A program made the translations under genes and the position numbers. Positions 30,952 to 40,386 of a stretch of DNA of 47,503 nt are shown piece after piece; the first letter of the stretch is position 1, and each line of letters starts with the position of its first letter. The stretch covers positions 1-47,503 of the IMG/VR virus record IMGVR_UViG_3300033562_000984, one strand, 5' to 3'. This DNA is from a virus. Lineage: Duplodnaviria; Caudoviricetes. The notes under the pieces were generated by a model. That model saw only the letters and a program-made list of their open reading frames with translations. It had not been told where the DNA came from and made no database searches.

Positions 30952-32370
30952 ATGAGTATTTTAAAGAAATTGAAGGCTGAACAGGATATTATGTCTCTAT
31001 GTGAATCCTTTAGCGCCGAGTATAAGAGTGGACTCAAGCAGACCACTGAGGCGATTGAGCAGGATAAGAGCGTTCCTAGTGACGATGAGTTCAATATGGA
31101 TGATATCTATGATACTGTTGATGTTGGAGAGGACACTTCACCTGAAGCTCCTTCGTTTGCTCCTGAGGACATTGAACTGTCTCAAGAGGAAAAGGAAGAA
31201 ATCAAGGCTGCATTGGTATCGGTTCTAGATAAGATCGAAGGTCGTGAAAGCATTTCTGAGCCAGCTTTGGAAATGATTGTTAATGAAGTTGCTAATGATG
31301 CCACATACCTGAGTGAAGCTGAAGATGCAAATCTAGAAGGCCCTGTTGAGAAGGAAGGCTATCGAATCAGTAAGATCGAAGCTGCCAAGGCATTTATTAA
31401 TGAACTATTAGGTGTCACTGTTGATAATGGTGGACAGGTTCCTGAGAATGTTGAGAATCTGGGTGGAGCTGAAGGTGCTGAAGGTGCTGGACTTGAAGGT
31501 TCTGAAGAACTGCCTCCTCCGGTTGATGACGCAGGTGTTGAAGGGGATCTTGGAGCTGAAGGTTCCGAGGAAGCTCCTGTTGAAGATGAGAAGCCGCTAC
31601 AGGAAGGCTCTGAAGCATTCTCAGGTGGATTGAGCGATCAAGGTCAGGAAGAGAAGGACGGTCAGGTTGAGGATGCCGCAGAAGGCCCTGATAGTCCTGT
31701 AACTGAAGGTACTTGCATGGAATGCGGCGAAGATGATGCAGTCGAAGTAGATCCTTCCGAAACTATTAGAATTCTAGATGACAATGACCCAGGAGTATCC
31801 CCGATTGAAGATGTTCTTCCGGGTGAAATGAGCGTATCTGAGGAAATCCCAGGCGAAGGAATTGAGCTAGGTCTTGGCGAAGAAGGCGAAATTTCTGATG
31901 AGACTCCTCTGACTGTCGGTGTTCTGAAGGAACTATTCGGTAAGATGCTTGCTGAAGGTGTAGAAGGTGACAAGTCCTTTGCCGAGCTTTGGAAGAATCT
32001 AGCAGGTAACGGTGTAACTCTGAGCAAGCCAACTCATAAAGGTTTCCAGAAGTCTAACACCCCATCAGGTAATGCAACCTTGAAGGATGAAGCTGGTAAT
32101 GAAGTTACTTTGAATAAGGTTAATCCTAAGGGTTTCCAGAAGACCAAGGCTCCAGAAGCAGGTCCTGCAGGTAAGATCGAAAAGGGTGCGACTGGCGATC
32201 AAGGCTTATCTGCAAGCACATCCGGCGTTAAGAAGCAGCCTGTAGCTGACGATGAGCGTAAGAATATCGCTGCAGTAATCCATGAGGCAAGTGACAGTAA
32301 GAAGACCATTTCTTTCCTAAAGGAAGCTGCTGAAGCTGTTAAGAAGGCTAGAAATACTCTACAGTCTTAA
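30952..32370 (+). CDS. Highly acidic putative prohead core / internal head protein
   Basis: E/D/G/P-rich; many hydrophobic-x-E|[AGS] sites (LCES, LSEA, LQEG, VTEG, LAEG, IHEA, LKEA); strong SD and own terminator. Confidence 0.6.
   Translation: MSILKKLKAEQDIMSLCESFSAEYKSGLKQTTEAIEQDKSVPSDDEFNMDDIYDTVDVGEDTSPEAPSFAPEDIELSQEEKEEIKAALVSVLDKIEGRESISEPALEMIVNEVANDATYLSEAEDANLEGPVEKEGYRISKIEAAKAFINELLGVTVDNGGQVPENVENLGGAEGAEGAGLEGSEELPPPVDDAGVEGDLGAEGSEEAPVEDEKPLQEGSEAFSGGLSDQGQEEKDGQVEDAAEGPDSPVTEGTCMECGEDDAVEVDPSETIRILDDNDPGVSPIEDVLPGEMSVSEEIPGEGIELGLGEEGEISDETPLTVGVLKELFGKMLAEGVEGDKSFAELWKNLAGNGVTLSKPTHKGFQKSNTPSGNATLKDEAGNEVTLNKVNPKGFQKTKAPEAGPAGKIEKGATGDQGLSASTSGVKKQPVADDERKNIAAVIHEASDSKKTISFLKEAAEAVKKARNTLQS
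32002..32142 (+). repeat. Intragenic duplication, 90-nt period
   Basis: AGNGVTLSKPTHKGFQK and AGNEVTLNKVNPKGFQK; GGTTTCCAGAAG at 32041 and 32131. Confidence 0.8.
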
Positions 32371-32394
32371 TTGATACTGTAACAACTCCTTAAG

Positions 32395-32420
32395 AGCCTC
32401 ACCCTCGGTGGGGCTTTTTT
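32395..32420 (+). terminator. Rho-independent terminator
   Basis: AGCCTCACC-CTC-GGTGGGGCT followed by a T run. Confidence 0.85.
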
Positions 32421-32426
32421 ATTTTC

Positions 32427-32432
32427 TAAATA
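32427..32432 (+). promoter_or_regulatory. Late promoter TAAATA
   Basis: CTAAATA, 5 nt, ATG 32438. Confidence 0.75.
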
Positions 32433-32437
32433 ATGAC

Positions 32438-32953
32438 ATGAATCATTTATACTCTGCATTGGCACCGGAAAACCTATACGATTTTAACAGACTATTGCAG
32501 GAAGCTGAGGATTTTTCAGAAGGCGATCCATCCACAACCGAAGAAACTGACGCTGAAAAGTCACCTGCTCAGATGGAAGAAGATGATGTATTCGAAAAGG
32601 TTAAGCAGGAGAATGATGTACCTGAAGTAACTAATGCAGATGCATTCCTATCGAAAGAAGAGGATGGATCTTATTCAAGTCTAGGTACTATGACCAGTAT
32701 GAATGACCCTGCTATTAGAGGAATTGGCGCTATCATTCTAGGTGATATTATGACAAATCCAGATAATGCAGTTAATTATATTGATGCATTATTCAACATT
32801 GTAGGGTTAAATGACGTACCGTCTGAGAAGTTCAATAGTATTAAACCATCAATATGGGAAAAACTCAATACTATTTCAAATGCAGATCCAATGAATGCAT
32901 TCAGCCAGTTCCAGAGTTTCGTAGTGAATTTAATTAATCAGAACAGAGGATAA
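32438..32953 (+). CDS. Hypothetical acidic protein, putative internal head protein (start moved from 32408)
   Basis: The track's GTG 32408 lies inside the terminator; ATG 32438 fits promoter spacing; LLQEA motif. Confidence 0.65.
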   Translation: MNHLYSALAPENLYDFNRLLQEAEDFSEGDPSTTEETDAEKSPAQMEEDDVFEKVKQENDVPEVTNADAFLSKEEDGSYSSLGTMTSMNDPAIRGIGAIILGDIMTNPDNAVNYIDALFNIVGLNDVPSEKFNSIKPSIWEKLNTISNADPMNAFSQFQSFVVNLINQNRG

Positions 32954-32960
32954 TTATTAA

Positions 32961-34718
32961 ATGCTTAGTTTACTAAACGAAGAAGGTAGTATTGTAGACA
33001 ATGCAACTGAAATAATTGATTCTTTTTTTAGTAAAACTATCGACACTTCAGCTATCATGAATACCGCCAATAACATGGCATGTATTCCTAGTTATCAGCA
33101 AAAAAAGATATACGAATCACTACTCGAAATAGCAACTGCAGATAATGATAATATATCAAGCCTATCAACATATAATCCTAAAATATACGGTAAACTGTCC
33201 ATTAAACTATCTGATCTAAGTGAATCTTTTAGACCTTACGCTGAATGTATTGTTGCATTTATAGATCAATGGTGTGCCAATGGAGGTGCTAATGATGGTC
33301 GCAAGTATGGATATGAAATATGCTCAACATTAAGATCTTGGTATGTACAGCAGAACATTTTAACTGGGGTTGAGTATCAACGAAACGGTCTCAGTTGGAG
33401 TCTATATGGTAATGCAATGTCAATCAATGTATATGTATTAATCGAAGATCAACTAAACGAAACTAGTAAGACGGTTGATTATATAAAAAAGACTATTTCA
33501 TTCGAAGATGGATCTGCTAAGACTTTTCTAGAAAACGCCCAGTCTTGGTTTAGTTCACATAAAACCAGAACAGGTAGAAATATTAAAATATACGGTGCAT
33601 ATCCAACAATTGACGATGCAATTAAAAGAGGTAAATATAACCTAATAGATGATTATTTGAATGACAATGATACTCTATTTTGGGGTGGATTATTCTCAAC
33701 TTACTCAAACTTCACTCAATGGGAATATCACCCATCTCTAATGCCTAATGAAGTCTGGAAGATTAGACAGCAATATCTAAACAAGTCATTCACTGTCGAT
33801 GGGAATCAGAACTTCTTAGATAGAATACATAACAATGAATCAATATCTACATCAGAGGCTTCTGACTTAGTAGTATCAGATGCTATTTTTTCTGCAGCTA
33901 GTGTAGTTGGAATTCCAAGTGAAGAACCTACTATAACAAAATACTTGAGTACTGACCTAGAGATAATGGAAGAGGATTTCCTTTCATTATATGCGTTGAA
34001 GTTGAATATCAATACGTCAAGTAGATATTCAGTAGAATCCCTTTTTAAATGGGCTATTGCAAATCCTTATTCATTGTTACAGGTTATTTCATACTATAGA
34101 GTATGCGCCGATGTTCCTAATTCAGTATTGTTCTATAACATCTCAATTGACAGTAAGGCATCATTCGTTGAGAACTCTAACGGTATTATTACACTAGAGG
34201 ATTCAACTAGATTCACTTTAACATCTGACACTGAAGGTAACTATTACATTCAATGTTACGATATGTTTGGATCTCAGCTAACCTTTGCGTTGAATAGTAC
34301 ATACAGACTTCCATGTGATTATATGCCTTCATCTGAAGACTTTGATTTAGTTGATTTAACTGATTCAGATGGCGATGCGACTACATCTAATATTGCCGGG
34401 GATATTGGAGATATTGATAAAATCGGAGATGAAATTTCAAAAACTGCAAGTGTATATACAGATCCTTTGAACAATGTAAACGAGTTTGGACCTTTAAGTG
34501 GCATATCAATAGACCCGATGAAGCCTCTTTATACCGCTAAGAGCATAGCCGAGTCCATCAACAAGACTAAACTATACAATGAAATGATTACACCTCCTAA
34601 TTCAGATATAGTACCTAACAAGTCATCTGCTATTCTAGACGTTACTTCATTCGCTAAAAGATATACTGCATTAATAAATCCAACTGGAAATGAAATGGTC
34701 ACCCCTGATACATTCTAA
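32961..34718 (+). CDS. Hypothetical protein, putative virion component
   Basis: 585 aa; SD GAGGA; LLNEE, IYES, LSES motifs. Confidence 0.6.
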   Translation: MLSLLNEEGSIVDNATEIIDSFFSKTIDTSAIMNTANNMACIPSYQQKKIYESLLEIATADNDNISSLSTYNPKIYGKLSIKLSDLSESFRPYAECIVAFIDQWCANGGANDGRKYGYEICSTLRSWYVQQNILTGVEYQRNGLSWSLYGNAMSINVYVLIEDQLNETSKTVDYIKKTISFEDGSAKTFLENAQSWFSSHKTRTGRNIKIYGAYPTIDDAIKRGKYNLIDDYLNDNDTLFWGGLFSTYSNFTQWEYHPSLMPNEVWKIRQQYLNKSFTVDGNQNFLDRIHNNESISTSEASDLVVSDAIFSAASVVGIPSEEPTITKYLSTDLEIMEEDFLSLYALKLNINTSSRYSVESLFKWAIANPYSLLQVISYYRVCADVPNSVLFYNISIDSKASFVENSNGIITLEDSTRFTLTSDTEGNYYIQCYDMFGSQLTFALNSTYRLPCDYMPSSEDFDLVDLTDSDGDATTSNIAGDIGDIDKIGDEISKTASVYTDPLNNVNEFGPLSGISIDPMKPLYTAKSIAESINKTKLYNEMITPPNSDIVPNKSSAILDVTSFAKRYTALINPTGNEMVTPDTF

Positions 34719-34721
34719 ATA
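34716..34721 (+). promoter_or_regulatory. Late promoter TAAATA
   Basis: Its TAA is the upstream stop; 5 nt, ATG 34727. Confidence 0.75.
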
Positions 34722-34726
34722 TTGCT

Positions 34727-35917
34727 ATGAAATTACTATATAAGGGATCGTTCTTCGAATCAGACGCTGAAGATTCAGTCGATTCCAATCCAACTACCTC
34801 CAATACTAAAAAAGATTCAGATGATGATACTTGGGGTGGTTGGCTTGAGCCTTATACACCACCTGAAGATGAAGAGATTCTAAACACTGCAATATCTAGG
34901 AAACTCGACCCTAAAATTGCTATTAAAAGAGTCGACCTCAATGACAAGCTATATGCAAATGTCATTGAATTTATCATTACTAATATTGGAAACATTGACT
35001 CTCTTAATTCTATTAGAGAAGCTCAACAGAAAATCCACGACCTATTCACTGAAATAGCCATTGACGTTGCAACCGAATATAATCAGCTAAGAAGAACAGG
35101 TAAAGAGAAATTGAGTATTAGAAATGACTCAACTCTAAGAAAAATCAATGCAATGTATAGGTTCTTCGCCTATTACATAATGAAATACGATAGGCATATT
35201 GTTGAGTGGATGGAGTCTCAGATAAAGGCTAAGTTGTTCAATGATAAGTCTGATATTAAGTCAATCAACAATACATATAGTAACATTGATATTTCAATCG
35301 TAGAAGATATCCCTGTTTCGGAATTGAACTCAGCTTCTTTTGACATACTCGAAAGAGATACTCTATTCAATAGAAGTCTTCAGAATTTCTTTGCGGATTC
35401 GGATTCACTGTTTGATAGTTTGGCTGGTGGTCCGGGATTGTTCAATGACTTAACATCAATGATGGTAGCATTTAAGTATGGAATTGTAGCTGAATATAAA
35501 ACTGCAAATGAAGCAGGTAAAGAAATAAAGCAGCAGAAAATGATACCTGTTTCTAAGACTGAAGAAATGACTCAGTTAATAGAAACTATGATGTGGATAG
35601 AGGCTTCTATTAATTCGATTATAACAGTCGAATCTATTAGAGAGAAGTATATTAAAGACTATAAAATGAAACTTGAGAAGATGGATTTAACTCAAGAACA
35701 AATCACCCAGAATCTAAATGAGCTTTCAAATGCCATTAAGAATGGCCAGATTAACACTGTTGAGGATATGAATAAACTCAAGTCTAAGTTCAGAGATGTT
35801 TCTACTTCTGATAAAGAAAAAGAGAATTTAGGTAAAGTGTCGGCTGATATGGCGAAGGCTTATAAGTATAAAATAGAGGCCGTTCTAAATAGAACCAGAG
35901 GTTTAAACAATGGATAA
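34727..35917 (+). CDS. Hypothetical helical protein, putative internal head protein
   Basis: 396 aa; N-terminal FFES then an acidic linker; late promoter. Confidence 0.6.
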   Translation: MKLLYKGSFFESDAEDSVDSNPTTSNTKKDSDDDTWGGWLEPYTPPEDEEILNTAISRKLDPKIAIKRVDLNDKLYANVIEFIITNIGNIDSLNSIREAQQKIHDLFTEIAIDVATEYNQLRRTGKEKLSIRNDSTLRKINAMYRFFAYYIMKYDRHIVEWMESQIKAKLFNDKSDIKSINNTYSNIDISIVEDIPVSELNSASFDILERDTLFNRSLQNFFADSDSLFDSLAGGPGLFNDLTSMMVAFKYGIVAEYKTANEAGKEIKQQKMIPVSKTEEMTQLIETMMWIEASINSIITVESIREKYIKDYKMKLEKMDLTQEQITQNLNELSNAIKNGQINTVEDMNKLKSKFRDVSTSDKEKENLGKVSADMAKAYKYKIEAVLNRTRGLNNG

Positions 35918-36698
35918 TCAGTATAATCTAGCTACGATGATTAAGGATGAAAAGGATGTTGAGGTGTTTGGTGGGAGCAATACTCCTAAACTACAGCGTC
36001 AGTTAATCAACGTGAACAAGGAATATACATTTGCTATTTCTGAGGGATATATCAGAGCTATCGATGCAATGATTGAATATTTGAATAATGCTGAAGTACC
36101 TCGGGCTGTAATTAGTAAGGTTATGTTGGTCATGACTTCGCTGGTTCTTGATGATGAGGATATTAAATATCTGAAGAACACTAAAGAATATTCTGAGTCT
36201 GGAGTTGCAATTCCAACTATGACAGAAGTTCAGTATATCAATGACATTCCATTGCAGTTTGATATAATTGAAGCTGTCTATCTATATATTCTTAGAATTG
36301 CCCGTGAAAGTGGATTCTATTCTCAGTCTGGTATTTTCGGAGATCTTGATATTTCTGGTGTAATGTTCTCTAATGCTAAGAACTTGAGTGATGTATATCA
36401 GAGTTATGTAGTTGGTGTTAATGGCGAAGTCATGGATATCAATTCAAATAGACTTGCTCAGAAAATCACTGATCTGTGCAGAGCGAATAATGTCGTTCGT
36501 GAACGCCTAATGAAATTAGCCAATGGCGGAAAGAAGCCATCTAAGAAGGAAGAATTGGATATTCGTAGGAAGTTCAAATTCGACCCAGTTTCAGGTTCAT
36601 TCCAGAAAAGACTAGCACCTATTAGCAAAGTAGTCCTCCCTATGCTGGCAAATAAAAGCGAAGTAGTATATGTTGAGTTGAAAAACTTGCTAAAATAA
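35910..36698 (+). CDS. Hypothetical protein
   Basis: 262 aa; overlaps the upstream gene; SD GAGGT; basic C-terminus. Confidence 0.6.
   Translation: MDNQYNLATMIKDEKDVEVFGGSNTPKLQRQLINVNKEYTFAISEGYIRAIDAMIEYLNNAEVPRAVISKVMLVMTSLVLDDEDIKYLKNTKEYSESGVAIPTMTEVQYINDIPLQFDIIEAVYLYILRIARESGFYSQSGIFGDLDISGVMFSNAKNLSDVYQSYVVGVNGEVMDINSNRLAQKITDLCRANNVVRERLMKLANGGKKPSKKEELDIRRKFKFDPVSGSFQKRLAPISKVVLPMLANKSEVVYVELKNLLK
36688..36696 (+). promoter_or_regulatory. Candidate extended -10 promoter TGCTAAAAT
   Basis: TGnTAnAAT just upstream of the portal SD (AAGGA); no TAAATA in this gap. Confidence 0.4.
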
Positions 36699-36716
36699 TA
36701 TAAAGGACGTAATTAA

Positions 36717-38570
36717 ATGGCTATTAAGGGACCTAGAAACGGAGTGAGGGATAATGTTGTCGATATGACGCATAACCCAATGTATCATAATTTCAATGAT
36801 TTCCGAAAGGTTGAAACCACTAGAAAAGAGAATGCACGGAAGGATCTAATAGGTCAGTCTGAGGATTCTATTAACAACCTAATGGGTAATGCTAGTGTTG
36901 TAATCTACAACTATGGAGACAAGGACCCTGTATCCAGAAGAAAAGATCTAGCTGATAAGTTAGTAAATGAATGGCATGACCAGCTAAAAGTTAGGTATTC
37001 GAATTACGTTCGACTAGCAAAGAGACCTGAAGTAAAATACGTCCTAGAAACTATCTGCAATGAGGCAATCGTAACAAACGAAGCAGATCAGATCGTAACT
37101 CTTAAGATTAACGATAATTTCCCTAACGTCTCAATTGGAGCTGGTACTAAGGTTCAGCTTCAACAAGATTTTAATAATATGATGCAATCCATTATGCAGT
37201 TTGATAAACATGCATGGAAGTGGTTTAAGAAGTATCTAGTAGAAGGCGCTCTATTCCTTGAAGTAGGTTACTCAAAAGGAATGAATGAGATCACAAGCGT
37301 TCGGGTTTTACCTTCATATAATATGTTGGTTATTGTTGAAGATAGTGAAGTAATTGGATATCGTCAGATTATTGATAAGACTGCATACGATACTAATCGC
37401 CAGAATAACACCTACTATACAATGGGTGGAGATCTTACGAAAGACTGGGTTGACTACCATCCAAATCAAATCCTTTGGTGGGATTATGATGATGAGCGTG
37501 GTTTTGGTGGAATTAATGATAGGCTTTCTTTCCTAGATAATGCTCGTAAGGTCGCAAATCAGCTAAAGAATATCGAAGATGCTATTGTGAGATATCGTAT
37601 TCTCCGTGGTCATGAGAAGAGAGCTTTCTACATCCCCACCGGAAATATGCCTCCTCATAAGGCTGAAGAGCATCTAAGAAGACAGGCTGAAAACCTGAAT
37701 AGGAGAATGTTCTATAATACTGAAGATGGCTCTATCGTAGGTCTTGAGAAGATTACTGCTATGATGGAAGACTATTACTTTGCTCTTCCAGAAGGCCAGC
37801 AAGCAGCTAAGATCGACACTATTGCTGCAGGTGCTAATCTAGGTGAGATCACAGATCTTAACTATTTCAAGCAACTACTATATCAGGCACTACTATTCCC
37901 TGCGTCTAGGAGCGTTACTGTTGCAGGTAAGGAGAATGGGCAGGCTTCTATAGGAAAGCCTGGAGAAATCACCAGAGACGAAATCGTATTGACTCGTTTC
38001 ATTGAGCGTATCCAGAGATCATTCTCAGAGGAGGTCGCAATTCCACTGTTCATCATGCATCTAGAAACACTAGATAAGTATGATGAAAGTATCAAGAATG
38101 AAATCTACTTCACATGTAAATTCACTCAATCTAATCTATTCAAGCTATTCAAGGAAGCTGAAGTAACTAACACTAGATTTGATATTCTAGGTAAAGCTGC
38201 TCCGTATATCGATGACGGTACTAATGGACCTAATGCAATCTTCTCGAAGGAATTCGTATTAAAGAGATACTTCAATCTATCTGACGAAGAGTTTGCTATT
38301 AATAAAGCTATGATTGAAATGGAAAGACTTGAAGCTGCTAGATCTAATGCTAAGAAGGCTGCAGTTGATAAGGGTAACATGGAACTCGGTAATCCGGGTG
38401 ATATGACAGGTGGGGCTGGCGGTGGACAATTCGGTGATATTGATGGAGCTATAAACGGTATGGGTGGAGAACCTGGGGATATGGGCGATCTTCCAACTGA
38501 CGCTGAATTGAATATTGACAATGGAGATACAGGCGGCGAAGCTCCTGCAACTCCTGAAGAAATCCAGTAA
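36717..38570 (+). CDS. Portal protein (T4 gp20-like)
   Basis: ETICNEAIV, ARKVANQLKNIEDAIVRYRILRGHEKRAFYI, MMEDYY, NLGEITDLNYF, EITRDE. Confidence 0.97.
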   Translation: MAIKGPRNGVRDNVVDMTHNPMYHNFNDFRKVETTRKENARKDLIGQSEDSINNLMGNASVVIYNYGDKDPVSRRKDLADKLVNEWHDQLKVRYSNYVRLAKRPEVKYVLETICNEAIVTNEADQIVTLKINDNFPNVSIGAGTKVQLQQDFNNMMQSIMQFDKHAWKWFKKYLVEGALFLEVGYSKGMNEITSVRVLPSYNMLVIVEDSEVIGYRQIIDKTAYDTNRQNNTYYTMGGDLTKDWVDYHPNQILWWDYDDERGFGGINDRLSFLDNARKVANQLKNIEDAIVRYRILRGHEKRAFYIPTGNMPPHKAEEHLRRQAENLNRRMFYNTEDGSIVGLEKITAMMEDYYFALPEGQQAAKIDTIAAGANLGEITDLNYFKQLLYQALLFPASRSVTVAGKENGQASIGKPGEITRDEIVLTRFIERIQRSFSEEVAIPLFIMHLETLDKYDESIKNEIYFTCKFTQSNLFKLFKEAEVTNTRFDILGKAAPYIDDGTNGPNAIFSKEFVLKRYFNLSDEEFAINKAMIEMERLEAARSNAKKAAVDKGNMELGNPGDMTGGAGGGQFGDIDGAINGMGGEPGDMGDLPTDAELNIDNGDTGGEAPATPEEIQ

Positions 38571-38595
38571 TAATCCACTTATTAACAGGTTAAAC

Positions 38596-38601
38596 TAAAT
38601 A
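38596..38601 (+). promoter_or_regulatory. Late promoter TAAATA
   Basis: CTAAATA, 5 nt, ATG 38607. Confidence 0.75.
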
Positions 38602-38606
38602 TCATC

Positions 38607-38771
38607 ATGGAAGTTTCTGATAATTCATTATTGAAGAAAAACCTCTTAGAGGCATTACTCAATAAAGATATTTCGTCTTTTCAAAAGCTAATTAATGAAG
38701 CTGCTGAAAAGACTGAACTTAATCTAATCGCGAAATATTCCAATGAAATAAAGGGAGCATTAAATGAGTAA
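38607..38771 (+). CDS. Prohead core protein (T4 gp67-like), 54 aa, absent from ORF track
   Basis: MEVSDNSLLKKNLLEALLNKDISSFQKLINEAAEKTELNLIAKYSNEIKGALNE*; lies between portal and protease; pattern resembles the gp67 N-terminus. Confidence 0.75.
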   Translation: MEVSDNSLLKKNLLEALLNKDISSFQKLINEAAEKTELNLIAKYSNEIKGALNE

Positions 38772-39528
38772 TCTTATCCTTGAAGGGTATGGCGAAAAGA
38801 TACATAAGGGAACTATTGCTGATTATCAATCAGAGAATAAGCTAAAACCTGTATTTGAAAATACAATAGTAGGGTCTGAAAAGAGACTCAAGCTAGAAGG
38901 TACTGCGATTCTATGTGAGGTTGAAGGGTTGAATGGTCGCATCTATTCAACAACTCATATGGATCGTCAAGCAAAGCATTATACTAAGACCTATATAGAA
39001 AACTTCAATTCTCTAGGTGAGTTGAACCACCCTGCAGTTAACTCTGAAGGTGAACATATACTTCTCCCTGTAACAGAAATTAATCTAGAAAAGGCATGTC
39101 ACCTTATAGAAAAGCTCTATATGATTGGTGACGAAATGAAGATCAAGTCTAGAGTTATTGTTGATCTACCTGCAGGTGCTATTATTGCAGCTCTAGTCAA
39201 GAATGGAATTCCAGTAGGTAATTCATTAAGAGGACTTGGATCAATATACAAGGCTAATGGTCGCATGTATGTCGCTGACGACTATGAGCTAATTACAGTT
39301 GATATTGTAGGCCGTCCTTCATATGGTAAGCCTGCTATGTTACATGCTATCACAGAGTCTATTAATTCAAATGAAATCCCTCTACTAACTGAAGCAGTTG
39401 AAAGAGCTGTTAAGGAATTTAGACAGGAAATGGATTATAACACTAGACATAATAATATCACACATGCAACCGAATACTATTCAATTTCTAAACTCCTAGA
39501 AGGAATCAGCAAAAATGCAAGCAGATAA
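38764..39528 (+). CDS. Prohead protease (T4 gp21-like)
   Basis: NGRIY, LGELNHP, GNSLRGLGS, DYELITVDIVGRPS. Confidence 0.95.
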   Translation: MSNLILEGYGEKIHKGTIADYQSENKLKPVFENTIVGSEKRLKLEGTAILCEVEGLNGRIYSTTHMDRQAKHYTKTYIENFNSLGELNHPAVNSEGEHILLPVTEINLEKACHLIEKLYMIGDEMKIKSRVIVDLPAGAIIAALVKNGIPVGNSLRGLGSIYKANGRMYVADDYELITVDIVGRPSYGKPAMLHAITESINSNEIPLLTEAVERAVKEFRQEMDYNTRHNNITHATEYYSISKLLEGISKNASR

Positions 39529-40249
39529 GGCTGTAATTCAAGAGGCAATTCAGAAAAGAACTGAAGAACTCGAAAAGGAGTTTAGGCAGCAATTCGAAGG
39601 ATTGAAAGACAATCTATATTCTAGATTAGAATCATACATATCTGAATCGATTGTTAAAACTCCAAAAGTAGACCCTGAATTAAAAGCTCAAGTTGATACA
39701 TATAAGCCTATAGTAGAGGCTATTATGAAGGCTCTTAAAGATAATGGGGTTCTAAATCAAAGCTCACATGTAGAGAGTGAAGTAGATCCCGCTATAATAG
39801 AAGTAATCACGGAGCAGACTTCTGTCATAAACGCACAAGATAAGAAACTAAAGGAATTGAAGATGCGAGTAAAACTACATGAAATGATTACAAATAATCT
39901 CAGCGGATTGAATAAGGATATTGTTAAGGAAGCGATTAATAAGTTTCAAGGCGCTGAGGAATTGAACGAAGAGGATCTGTTAAAGGAGCTTACTAATTTT
40001 GTTAATAAGCGTAAAGGTGGACAGAAAGAAGTTCAGTTCGAGTCAATTGCATATGATCTCGATGAAGTCGATTCTATTTTGGAAGGTGCTTCTAAAACAA
40101 AGGAATTTAGACCTAATAAGAAAATCGATATTAAGGGCCTAAAGAAGAGAGTTGTTTCTGAAGCAACTGGTGTTAATCTAGATGAAGATAATCCTAGAGA
40201 TAATGGACCAGCAGATGAGTTCATGCGAGACTTTGGACATTTAAGTTAA
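39515..40249 (+). CDS. Prohead scaffolding protein (T4 gp22-like)
   Basis: Coiled-coil, E/K-rich; lies between protease and MCP. Confidence 0.8.
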   Translation: MQADKAVIQEAIQKRTEELEKEFRQQFEGLKDNLYSRLESYISESIVKTPKVDPELKAQVDTYKPIVEAIMKALKDNGVLNQSSHVESEVDPAIIEVITEQTSVINAQDKKLKELKMRVKLHEMITNNLSGLNKDIVKEAINKFQGAEELNEEDLLKELTNFVNKRKGGQKEVQFESIAYDLDEVDSILEGASKTKEFRPNKKIDIKGLKKRVVSEATGVNLDEDNPRDNGPADEFMRDFGHLS

Positions 40250-40253
40250 TAAG

Positions 40254-40278
40254 AAGAGCCGCTAAAAGCGGCTCTTTT
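40254..40278 (+). terminator. Rho-independent terminator
   Basis: AAGAGCCGCT-AAA-AGCGGCTCTT followed by TT. Confidence 0.85.
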
Positions 40279-40329
40279 CATTCTTGTACATTTTTTGGCA
40301 TAGTTTTTCGAAAGAGTATAATACCCCTC

Positions 40330-40335
40330 TAAATA
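40330..40335 (+). promoter_or_regulatory. Late promoter TAAATA of MCP
   Basis: CTAAATA 51 nt upstream of ATG 40387; SD AAGGGG. Confidence 0.75.
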
Positions 40336-40386
40336 TTATACAAGGAATTCAGGTAATTCTTTTTCAAAACAAGGGGTAATATACTA

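Noticed and set aside
32408-32437. GTG start at 32408
   Set aside because: It lies within the terminator hairpin, upstream of the promoter motif.
38126-38578. 150-aa antisense ORF over the portal 3' end
   Set aside because: Shadow of the Gly/Asp-rich portal tail.
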